A stretch of 64,000 nt of DNA from Hyphomicrobiales bacterium. GTDB taxonomy: Bacteria; Pseudomonadota; Alphaproteobacteria; Rhizobiales; Aestuariivirgaceae. Position 1 is the stretch's first letter, and every line of letters begins with the position of its first letter. Where the stretch lies: positions 797,518-861,517 of the forward strand of contig JAXMCR010000002.1 of the NCBI GenBank assembly GCA_046349255.1, read 5' to 3'. The notes under the pieces were generated by a model. It searched no databases. It was given only the letters and a program-made list of their open reading frames with translations, and was not told where the DNA came from. This document shows, piece after piece, positions 46,047 through 54,580 of this stretch. A program made the translations under genes and the position numbers.

Positions 46047-47062
46047 CACGCCGCCTCCATCGCCACGACGCTGTCCCGCTTCCAGGTGAAGCGCAGCGCA
46101 TCGCCCACCGTGTAGGCCGTGGCGTGCGCGGGCACCGCGGCGACGAGGCGCGTGCCGTCGGCATCGAGCACCACGCGCACCACCGGGCCCTGGTAGCTCA
46201 CCGCCGTCACGCGACCTTCCGCGAAACACGCGCTCGCGGTGGCGCGCTGAGGCTTCGACGGCGTTTCGATGCCGATCTTCTCGGGACGCAGGCTCGCCCA
46301 CGCGTTGGGACCGCCGTGCCGGGCGGAAAACTCCGGGCTCATCACGTTCGAGGATCCGACGAAGTCGGCGACGAAGCGCGACCGCGGCCGTTCGTAGACG
46401 TCCTCCGGCGCGCCGGCCTGCACGATCTTGCCCTCGTTGAAGATCGCCACGCGGTCGGCCATCGAGAGCGCCTCGCCCTGGTCGTGCGTGACGAACACGA
46501 AGGTGATGCCGAGCGCCTTCTGCAGCGCCTTCAGCTCCTCCTGCATCTGTTCGCGCAGCTTCAGGTCGAGCGCGCCGAGCGGCTCGTCGAGCAGCAGCAC
46601 CTTCGGCTCGTTGACGAGCGCGCGGGCGAGCGCCACGCGCTGGCGCTGGCCGCCGGAGAGCTGCGAGGGCCGGCGCGTCTCGAAGCCCGCGAGCTTCACC
46701 ATCGCGAGCGCATCCTTCGCGCGGCGTTCGCGATCAGCGCGGCCCATGCCCTTGATCATCAGTCCGTAGGCGACGTTCTCGCCGACCGTCATGTGCGGGA
46801 ACAGCGCGTAGTCCTGGAATACGGTATTGACGTTGCGGCGATAGGGCGGAAGCCCTTCGGCCGTTTCGCCGAAGATCTCGATGTGGCCGGAGGTCGGCTG
46901 CTCGAAGCCCGCGATCAGGCGCAGGCACGTCGTCTTGCCGGAGCCCGAGGGACCGAGCATCGCGAAGAATTCGCCGGGGGCGACGTCGAGCGACACGTCG
47001 TCGACGGCCTTCACGGTGCCGAAGGTGCGCGAAACGTTCTGGAAGCGGACGGCCGGGACCAT
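46046..47062 (-). CDS. ABC transporter ATP-binding protein (PotA-like)
   Basis: 338-aa ORF. Walker A GPSGSGKTT, signature LSGGQRQR, Walker B LLLDEP. Confidence 0.93.
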   Translation of the reverse strand: MVPAVRFQNVSRTFGTVKAVDDVSLDVAPGEFFAMLGPSGSGKTTCLRLIAGFEQPTSGHIEIFGETAEGLPPYRRNVNTVFQDYALFPHMTVGENVAYGLMIKGMGRADRERRAKDALAMVKLAGFETRRPSQLSGGQRQRVALARALVNEPKVLLLDEPLGALDLKLREQMQEELKALQKALGITFVFVTHDQGEALSMADRVAIFNEGKIVQAGAPEDVYERPRSRFVADFVGSSNVMSPEFSARHGGPNAWASLRPEKIGIETPSKPQRATASACFAEGRVTAVSYQGPVVRVVLDADGTRLVAAVPAHATAYTVGDALRFTWKRDSVVAMEAA

Positions 47063-47089
47063 GATCCTTACGTTCGTTCGTATACGAAA

Positions 47090-47118
47090 GACGCCGCCTC
47101 GCGGGCGGAGGCGGCGTC
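47090..47118 (-). promoter_or_regulatory. Perfect 11-bp-stem hairpin between the binding-protein and ATPase genes (intercistronic stabiliser/attenuator)
   Basis: GACGCCGCCTC-GCGGGCG-GAGGCGGCGTC. On the minus strand it is followed by TTTCGTATACGAA. Confidence 0.6.
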
Positions 47119-47140
47119 CGTTGGTCGTTTCGTCAGTCCG

Positions 47141-48283
47141 TCACTGGCTCATGACGGCGATGTAGTCCTTCACCCACTGCGAGTAGGGAACGCAGTTGCC
47201 CTCCTGCTCGCACTTGGCGGTGGGCGTGCGCCAGAACCAGATCTTGTCGAAGATGTCGAAGCCGTTGGTGGCGCAGCCCGCGTCGGTCAGGAGCGCGTTG
47301 CCCTTGCACGCGGCGGGCACCGCCGGCACCGAGCCGAACCAGGCGGCGACGTCGCCCTGCACCTTCGGGTCGAGCGAGTGGTTCATCCACATGTAGGCGC
47401 AGTTCGGATGCTTCGCCTCGGCGTGCATCATGGTGGTGTCGGCCCAGCCGGTGGCGCCTTCCGCCGGCACCGTCGAGGCGACCGGCTTCTTGTCGGCCTC
47501 GAGCAGGTTCACCTGGTAGGGCCACGAGGAGGAGGCGACGACGCCCTCGTTCTTGAAGTCGTCGATCTGCACGGTCGCGTCGTGCCAGTAGCGGCCGACG
47601 AGCTTGCGCTGCGCCTTGAGCAGGTCGATCACCGCGGCGTACTGGTCCTTGTTCAGCTCGTAGGGGTTCTTGATGCCGAGCTCGGGCTTGGTCTTCATCA
47701 GGTAGAGCGCTGCGTCGGCGACGTAGATCGGGCCGTCGTAGGCCTGCACGCGGCCCTTGTTCGACTTGCCGTCGGGCAGCGTCTGCTCCTCGAACACCAC
47801 GGCCCAGCTCTTCGGCGCCTCCTTGAACACGGTGGTGTTGTAGGCGAGCACGTTCGGGCCCCACTGGTAGGGCGTGCCGTAGTGGACGCCGCCGACGGTG
47901 TGCCAGGGCGCGTCCTTCAGGCGGTCGTCGACGGTCTTCCAGTTCTCGATCAGCTCGACGTTGATCGGCTGCACCTTCTTGCCCGCGACGAGGCGGAGCG
48001 AGGCGTCGCCCGAGGCGGTGACGAGGTCGAAGCCGCCCTGGTTCATCAGCGTCACCATCTCGTCGGAGGTGGCGGCGGTCTTGACGTTGACCTTGCAGCC
48101 GGTCGCCTTCTCGAAGCCCGTGACCCAGTCGTAGCCCTTGTCGGTCTCGCCGCGCTCGATATAGCCCGGCCAGGCGACGATATCGACTTGGCCTTCGCCG
48201 GGTCCGATCTTCGTCATCATCTCGGCCGCAAGAACGGGGTTCGCCATCATGATCAGCGACAGCGTGGCGGCAACAGTCCTCAT
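47141..48283 (-). CDS. ABC transporter periplasmic substrate-binding protein (PotD/PotF-like)
   Basis: ATG 48283 with GAGGAG upstream. Signal peptide MRTVAATLSLIMMANPVLA. First gene of a four-gene operon with two permeases and an ATPase. Confidence 0.88.
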   Translation of the reverse strand: MRTVAATLSLIMMANPVLAAEMMTKIGPGEGQVDIVAWPGYIERGETDKGYDWVTGFEKATGCKVNVKTAATSDEMVTLMNQGGFDLVTASGDASLRLVAGKKVQPINVELIENWKTVDDRLKDAPWHTVGGVHYGTPYQWGPNVLAYNTTVFKEAPKSWAVVFEEQTLPDGKSNKGRVQAYDGPIYVADAALYLMKTKPELGIKNPYELNKDQYAAVIDLLKAQRKLVGRYWHDATVQIDDFKNEGVVASSSWPYQVNLLEADKKPVASTVPAEGATGWADTTMMHAEAKHPNCAYMWMNHSLDPKVQGDVAAWFGSVPAVPAACKGNALLTDAGCATNGFDIFDKIWFWRTPTAKCEQEGNCVPYSQWVKDYIAVMSQ

Positions 48284-48427
48284 GTCGGTCGTCTCCTCTT
48301 GGATCTCGGCCCGCGTCGCCTTGGGGGCGCTCTCCTTCACCCCGCGCAAGGCTCGGCCGTTGAGGGCGCATGTCTAGCACCGGGTTTTGGGCCGCGCCAG
48401 TCACCCGCGCGCGCGGGCAATTTCGTG

Positions 48428-49291
48428 TCAGCGGTAGAGCGACACGAGGGTTTGGAACCCCTCCTCGGAGAGGATGCGGATCGGATGCCCCTCGTCCGCA
48501 AGCTCCTCGGCGCGGCGCGTCCTCGAGCATTTCCGGCCGCCGCCGCCCAGTGCGCCGACGCACAGCACGGCGGTCGAGCGGGTGACGATGTCGGCGACGT
48601 CGAAGCCCAGCGCCGCCGCGTGGTCGGCGGCCTCCGCGCGCAGCATCGAAAGGGTTCCGGCGAACACGATTTGTTGACCGGCAAAAGGTCCGTCCGCCGC
48701 CCCCTCCCGCCGCACCCGCACGTAGCGGTCCTCGGCCGGCGCCTTCAGGCCGTCGATGCGGGCGACGAGGCCCTGGAGCGACAGCCCGGTCTGGCCGAGG
48801 ATCGTCGCGAGCACGGCCTGCGCGGCGAGCGCGTCCTCGAGCGCATCATGCTGCCGGAACGCAATGCCCAGCGCCTCGGCGACGCTCGCCAGCCCGTAGC
48901 CTTTCGTCCGGAAATCCGGCCACACCTTGCGCACGATCCGCGCCCCGTCGACCCACTGGCAGTCGAGCGGCGTCTCCCCGTAGCGCAGCGTCGCGTGCTC
49001 GATGGCGATCCGGTCGAACGGCCCGTGGTGCACGAGGAAGCCGCTCCCCACCCTGCGCCGGAACGACCGCAGGAACTCTGCAAAGTCCTGCGCGCCGCGG
49101 ACGTCCTTCGCGGTGATGCCGTGGATGCGGATGCTGGCCGGATCGAAATGCGCCCACGGCTCGATCGGCTCGCGACCGGCGTCGACGATCTCGCCCTCGC
49201 GGACCTCGACCCAGCCCGCCTGGCAGATCGACGCGTAGTCGGCGTTCGCCGTCTCGACGTCGATGACGAAGTATCGATCCCCCCGAATCAC
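48428..49291 (-). CDS. DEDDh 3'-5' exonuclease (DnaQ-like) with C-terminal BRCT domain
   Basis: 287-aa ORF. Exo motifs FVIDVETAN, HHGPFD and H.DALEDA. BRCT-like GQQIVFAGTLS..R.EAA..A.ALG..V...V....AVLCVG. Confidence 0.8.
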   Translation of the reverse strand: MIRGDRYFVIDVETANADYASICQAGWVEVREGEIVDAGREPIEPWAHFDPASIRIHGITAKDVRGAQDFAEFLRSFRRRVGSGFLVHHGPFDRIAIEHATLRYGETPLDCQWVDGARIVRKVWPDFRTKGYGLASVAEALGIAFRQHDALEDALAAQAVLATILGQTGLSLQGLVARIDGLKAPAEDRYVRVRREGAADGPFAGQQIVFAGTLSMLRAEAADHAAALGFDVADIVTRSTAVLCVGALGGGGRKCSRTRRAEELADEGHPIRILSEEGFQTLVSLYR

Positions 49292-49346
49292 GAGGAGAAA
49301 GATTACGTCGCCTCAATCGGAAATAGAACACCCCAGAGATTGCAAC

Positions 49347-52300
49347 TCAACGTGAGCGAACCCGCAGGTGCTTCAGCGCGTAGCGGCCGTTGGCCGGCAC
49401 GTCGGCGCGGCGGATGACGCCGCCTTCCATCTCGATCCCGAGCATGGCGTGGGCGGCGGTGAGCATCCGGCCGGCGGAGCCCGTGTACCAGGCCCAGCCG
49501 CCGCGGGCGAAGTAGCCCTCCCCCGCGTAGACGTCGGCCGGCTGCTGGTGCGGCGGCAGCCCCATCAGCGCCAGCGCCTCGGGCGTCAAGCGGGCGAGCG
49601 GGGAGATCGTCCACCACGCATCCGCCGCAAGCCGCATCAGCCGGGCCTGCTCCTCCGGCCGCTCCGCGCGGCGCGCCAGCGTCGCGAACCCGTCGACGAA
49701 CCAGCTCGCCCCGTGCGAATACTGCCCGCCGTTCTCGCGCACGCCTTCGGGATAGCGGGCCACGCGCCCCGGCCACGGGTCGGAGGCCGCGTTGAACGCC
49801 GGCGTGAGCAGCCGCACGAGCTCGGGCGCGGCGAGCGTCGAAAAGCCAAACTCCGCCGCCGCCCGCGCCCGCTCGAACGGCACCGCGCCCGAGATCGCCG
49901 CCCACGACGCCGGCAGCGCGTGCACGCCGCCGAACGGTCGCCCGTCGTCGGCGAAGGCGCGCGCAAAATACGAGCCCGTCCACGTCCCCTCGATCGCCTC
50001 GCGCAACGCGGCCATGGCGCGCTCGAACCCGTCCTTGCGTGCGGGCGAAAGCACCCGCCCGGCGCCCTCGAGGATGCGGTGGAGGAACATCGCCATCCAC
50101 ACGCTCTCGCCCACGCCCTTGAGACCCGCCGCGTCGTAGCCGTCGTCCCAGTCGCCGGAGCCGAGGAGCGGCAGCCCGCGCGGGCCCCGCCGTGACAGCG
50201 CGAGGTCGATCGCCCTGAGGCAGTGCTCGCGCACCGTCCCCGTCTCGCGCGAGGGCCGCGGGGAGAAGAACAGCGCATCCTCGCCGGGCGGGATCGGCTG
50301 GCCCTCGAGATAGGCGACGTCTTCGTCGAGCACGCCCGCATCGCCCGTCCTGTCGATGTAGGAGATCGCGACGAACGGCAGCCACAGGTGCGGGTCGGAT
50401 GCCTTGGTGCGCTGGCCGAACAGCGTCACGCCGTTCTCGTCCTGGTGCCACCACTTCAAGACGTCGCCTTCGAGGAACTGCTGGCCCGCGTGCAGCACGA
50501 TCTGCCGTCGCGCAAGGCCCGGATCGATCAGCGTCATCGGCTCGACGTCCTGGAGCTGGTCGCGGAACCCCATCGCGCCGCCGCGCTGGCTCGCGCCCGT
50601 GCGGCCCCAGAGGCGCGCGGCGAGCACCTGGTAGGGAAGCCACAGGTTGACGAGCCGGTCGAACGCCGGATCGTCGGTCTCGACCTCGACGCCGGAGAGA
50701 TAATCCTGCCACCACCGGTGCGCCAGCGCGGGGGCGCGCGCCGCGCCTTTCGGCAGCGCCTCCTTCACGAACTGGAGCGCGCTGGCGCGGTCTGCCGCAT
50801 AGCCCATCGCGAGGCGCACCTCGAACGCGCCGCCCGCCGCGATCGTCACCTCGCGGTGGAACGCCGCGATGCGCCGGCCGTCGTCGGTCGCGTCGGGATC
50901 GACGAGCCCGTTGACGAGAAGATGCGGCTGGCCGAGCGGCGCGCCGCCCACCACCGCGGCGTAGACCGTCTCGACCTGCGCGCCGTCGAGATCGGTCGCG
51001 ACGATCGCGGTGCCGTTGGCGTAGACATTCGAGGGGTTCACGAACAGCAGCGCGCCGGTCGCCGGATCGCGCTCGACCTCGAGCGTGCCCGCGCTCTCGG
51101 CCGGAAACTCGGCAAGCACCATCGCCGACCACACGAGCACGCGCACGCGGCGCGGCGCGCCCGCCCCGTTCGTCACGCGGATGCGCCGCACTTCGCCTTG
51201 CGCCTCGGGCAGCACGGTGACCTCGGTCAGGTAGGCGAACCCGCCGCTTGCGCCCTCGATCCGGGCGCTGCCGGGTGCGAACGAGACGCGCTGGTTGCCG
51301 CCAACCGGCAGCACGCTCGTCGCCTCGCGGCGGTCGAGATCGTAGAGCGCCACGCCCGTGCCCGGCACGGCGGAGGGAAACCCCTGGAAGCGGAACGGCG
51401 TCAGCGCGTTCTGGCGCGCGTTCTGCGCAAACGACGTCACCATGCCGCTCATGTCGGCGACGACGCCGTAGCCGAGCGGGTTCGCCATCACGTGCGCCCA
51501 CGGCCGCCAGTGGTCGCCCTCGGCATGGAGATGGCCTGCGCCGTCGAACCGGAACCGCCGCTCGGCGCACGGCGCGTGGCACAGGATCGCGCGACGGCGC
51601 TCCGCCGCCCCGCACGGATCGGGGCTCGCCGAGAGATGGCGCGCCAGCAGCCCCGCCGCCGCATCGAGCGTGTCGGCGTGCCCGTCGGCATAGAGCGCGG
51701 TCGCCTTTTCGCCTGGCGCCATGTCGACGTCGAGCACCAGCGCCGCCATCGGGTTGAAGGTGTCGAGCCAGCCCTCGTCCTCGAGCGGGCGGAACGGCAG
51801 ACCCTTGAGGTTGTCGGCGAAGGCTTCCGCCGAATCCTGGTAGCCGGTGAGCCGCGTGCCGTGGCCCGGCGACACCGCGTGGAACATCACTTCCGACGAC
51901 GTGCGCTCCTCCCGCCTGGACAGGAGGCGGTTGCGCGCGAAGATCGCCCGGTGGTGCGAACAGAACAGCGTCTCGATGTGGAGCGCGTTGAACGCGCCGT
52001 CGCGGTGCCAGGCGCCGGTCTCGTTCATCACGATCACTTCGGCGCTCACGAGGCGCAGCCGCCGGCGGCGTCCGCTCGTGTTGGTCAGCGTCACCCGGCG
52101 AGTCTCGACCGCCTCCTCGTCGGCGAGCGCGATCGCGATCTCGACCGTCACCCCGTCGAGCGCGTGGACGATGGTCGGGCGCTGCGTCTCTGGCCACGTC
52201 AGCCGCGCGCCGTCCTGCACGCGGCCCACCAGCACGGCCGGCGACGAAGGACGGTCGAGGTCGACGAGGAACAGAACCTTGCCGTCGCGGTCCATCGGAT

Positions 52301-54575
52301 CGTCGGCGGGCCGCGTCAGGTCGATCGGCGCGCCGGAGCGCTCGATGCCCGTGACCCGCGCGTGGCTGCGCCCGTCCGGCGTCACCACGAGTTCGTAAAG
52401 CCCGTTCGAGAGCACGTGCTGCTCCTCGCGGCGCAGCGCGCGGCCGCGCCGCAGCGCGACGGCGAGCCACACCAGACCGGCCGCGATCAGCAAGGCGGCG
52501 ACGGTGTAGGCCGTCGCCATGAACGCCACCTGTTCGGAGAGAGGCGCCGCCGTCTTGCCCAGCGCCTCAGCCTCGTTCCACGCCTTGTCCCACTCGGCCC
52601 CGCGCGGGATGTAGAACGGGATGATGAGCGGCGCCCACGTCATGAAGCGGCGGATTGCAGGTGGAATGGCGCGCGTCTTCGCGGTGTGGCCGATCATCCG
52701 GCCGGTCCACTCGTCGAGGCGGTCGCCGCCCACGAAGGAGAGATTGACCAGCGTTGCGACGCGCAGGCCCATGTGGTCGAACCAGATCAGCACGCGCAGC
52801 CAGTCGTAGGCGAGAAGCCCGGTGAATACCGAGAGACTCCACGCGCGGAACGTTTCGGGCGGCAACGTCAGGTGCGCGCCCGTCGCCACCACGGTGCGCA
52901 CGAGGCCGTCCTGGTTGTACCAGGCGGGGTCGGGCGACATCCTGAGGAACGAGAAGATGATCGGCGCCATCCACAGGCCCCAGCGCAGCACGCGCACGGT
53001 CTGCTCGACCACGCCGCGCAGGCCCTCCGGCCGCACCAGCGCGCGCACCGGCGCGAGCGAGCGGCGGAACAGCGCCTCGAGCGCCACCATGTTGAGGCTG
53101 AACAGCGGCGCGGCGATCGACCAGTTGATCACGCCCGAGAGCGACTCGTCGTAGAACAGGCGCACGCCGCCGGTGACCGGCCCCAGGTCGACGGTGCCCC
53201 ACTTGTTGAAGAAGACCTGGAACGTGTAGCGGGCGTTGTCCGTGTGCTGAAGGTTTCCGTAGGACTGGATCTTCGCCATCACGATGTTGAGCTGGCTCTG
53301 GTCGAAGTACCAGCCGAGCGCCCCGGCCACGATGCCGCCGAAGCAGGCGCCGAGCACGTAGAGCGCCGGCGTCTGGAGGCGGCGCCGCCTGCCGGTGAGG
53401 ATCGCTGCGACGTCGGCCACGAGATCGACGCCGCCGAGCGCCAGCGCGCCGAGCACGAACGTCTGCGAGAAGCGCGGCCAGGAGTCTTCGGAGGGAAGCC
53501 CCTTCGCCATCAGCATCGCGAGGCCGACGCCGACGACGATGCCGCGTACGTAGCCGCGCCAGTCGCGATAGGCGTCGAGCAGGCGGCCGAAGAACGGCGT
53601 CGATTCGTCGGAGCTTTCGAGGATGGTGCGTGCCAGCGGGAACAGCACGGCGCCGAGGCCGGCCGCGAGGATCATCGGGGGATGCGAAAGCTCCGCGTTC
53701 AGCACGTGCGCGCCCGTAATGACGATCGCCATGAACACCGCGCCGAAGATTGCGCCCTTGGCAAGGCCGTTGCGGGCGTGGCCCAGCACGGCGCGCGCAG
53801 TCGGCGGGCGGCCGGTCAGGCCGTCGAGCAGGAGGCCGGTCATCAAGTAGACGAAGCACCAGAGGCCCGCTTGCGCGAGGCCCGCCGCCGTCACTGCAAT
53901 GGCGATCGTGGAGATCGGCGGATAGCCGGTGAGAAGCGAAGGGATGTCGGCAATCGGCCGTCCCGTCGCGGCGAGCAGCGCGCTCAGGAACAGGAGCGCG
54001 TGGAGCAGCGGCGCTGCGGGCCAGTGGCGGCGCAAGATCAGGCCGATCATCCCGGTCAGGAGTTCGCCGATCGCGAACAGGATGACGATGCGCACCATCA
54101 CGCTGTTGCTGGCTTCCTCGCTGCCGAGCGCCAACACGCCTGCGACCACGGCGGTCATCGCGAGCACGCCCAGGCGTTCGTAATGGTCGAGGCCGCGTCC
54201 GCCGATCGCTGCGCTCATCAGCATGGCGAGCGCGAAGGCGAAGACGGCGGTGATCGAGCCTGCGGGCGACAGCAGGATCAGCGACCCGAGGCCGCCGCCC
54301 GGCGCGATCGCCGCCGCTTCGGGCAGCGAGAGGGCGAGCAGGATCGCGACGACGGCAGCATCGGCCGCCGCGCGGAGCCACGCGATGGGTCCTTCGCGCA
54401 GCCCGGTGCGCAGCGCGAGATAGGCTGCGAACGAAACCGCCGTCGGTATCACGACGAGGCCGGGCGCGAGCGCGGCGACGGTCGCCGCGGCGATCGCGAG
54501 CAGCGCACCTGCCGTCACGAGCGGAAGGTGGGCGCCGGTCTCGAACGGGGATTCCTGTGCGAGCGCCGCCGACAT
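49347..54575 (-). CDS. 1,742-aa polytopic membrane protein with a C-terminal GH94 (cellobiose-phosphorylase / cyclic-glucan-synthase C-terminal) type module
   Basis: ATG 54575 with GGAGG about 10 nt upstream. Residues 1 to about 705 are mostly hydrophobic helices. From residue about 720 (HVLSNGLYELVVTPDGRS) the GH94-like motifs follow: WAHVMANPLGYG, RGGAMGFRDQLQD, GSGDWDDG, RENGGQYSHGASW, WYTGSAGRM. Confidence 0.8.
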   Translation of the reverse strand: MSAALAQESPFETGAHLPLVTAGALLAIAAATVAALAPGLVVIPTAVSFAAYLALRTGLREGPIAWLRAAADAAVVAILLALSLPEAAAIAPGGGLGSLILLSPAGSITAVFAFALAMLMSAAIGGRGLDHYERLGVLAMTAVVAGVLALGSEEASNSVMVRIVILFAIGELLTGMIGLILRRHWPAAPLLHALLFLSALLAATGRPIADIPSLLTGYPPISTIAIAVTAAGLAQAGLWCFVYLMTGLLLDGLTGRPPTARAVLGHARNGLAKGAIFGAVFMAIVITGAHVLNAELSHPPMILAAGLGAVLFPLARTILESSDESTPFFGRLLDAYRDWRGYVRGIVVGVGLAMLMAKGLPSEDSWPRFSQTFVLGALALGGVDLVADVAAILTGRRRRLQTPALYVLGACFGGIVAGALGWYFDQSQLNIVMAKIQSYGNLQHTDNARYTFQVFFNKWGTVDLGPVTGGVRLFYDESLSGVINWSIAAPLFSLNMVALEALFRRSLAPVRALVRPEGLRGVVEQTVRVLRWGLWMAPIIFSFLRMSPDPAWYNQDGLVRTVVATGAHLTLPPETFRAWSLSVFTGLLAYDWLRVLIWFDHMGLRVATLVNLSFVGGDRLDEWTGRMIGHTAKTRAIPPAIRRFMTWAPLIIPFYIPRGAEWDKAWNEAEALGKTAAPLSEQVAFMATAYTVAALLIAAGLVWLAVALRRGRALRREEQHVLSNGLYELVVTPDGRSHARVTGIERSGAPIDLTRPADDPMDRDGKVLFLVDLDRPSSPAVLVGRVQDGARLTWPETQRPTIVHALDGVTVEIAIALADEEAVETRRVTLTNTSGRRRRLRLVSAEVIVMNETGAWHRDGAFNALHIETLFCSHHRAIFARNRLLSRREERTSSEVMFHAVSPGHGTRLTGYQDSAEAFADNLKGLPFRPLEDEGWLDTFNPMAALVLDVDMAPGEKATALYADGHADTLDAAAGLLARHLSASPDPCGAAERRRAILCHAPCAERRFRFDGAGHLHAEGDHWRPWAHVMANPLGYGVVADMSGMVTSFAQNARQNALTPFRFQGFPSAVPGTGVALYDLDRREATSVLPVGGNQRVSFAPGSARIEGASGGFAYLTEVTVLPEAQGEVRRIRVTNGAGAPRRVRVLVWSAMVLAEFPAESAGTLEVERDPATGALLFVNPSNVYANGTAIVATDLDGAQVETVYAAVVGGAPLGQPHLLVNGLVDPDATDDGRRIAAFHREVTIAAGGAFEVRLAMGYAADRASALQFVKEALPKGAARAPALAHRWWQDYLSGVEVETDDPAFDRLVNLWLPYQVLAARLWGRTGASQRGGAMGFRDQLQDVEPMTLIDPGLARRQIVLHAGQQFLEGDVLKWWHQDENGVTLFGQRTKASDPHLWLPFVAISYIDRTGDAGVLDEDVAYLEGQPIPPGEDALFFSPRPSRETGTVREHCLRAIDLALSRRGPRGLPLLGSGDWDDGYDAAGLKGVGESVWMAMFLHRILEGAGRVLSPARKDGFERAMAALREAIEGTWTGSYFARAFADDGRPFGGVHALPASWAAISGAVPFERARAAAEFGFSTLAAPELVRLLTPAFNAASDPWPGRVARYPEGVRENGGQYSHGASWFVDGFATLARRAERPEEQARLMRLAADAWWTISPLARLTPEALALMGLPPHQQPADVYAGEGYFARGGWAWYTGSAGRMLTAAHAMLGIEMEGGVIRRADVPANGRYALKHLRVRSR

Positions 54576-54580
54576 GATGG

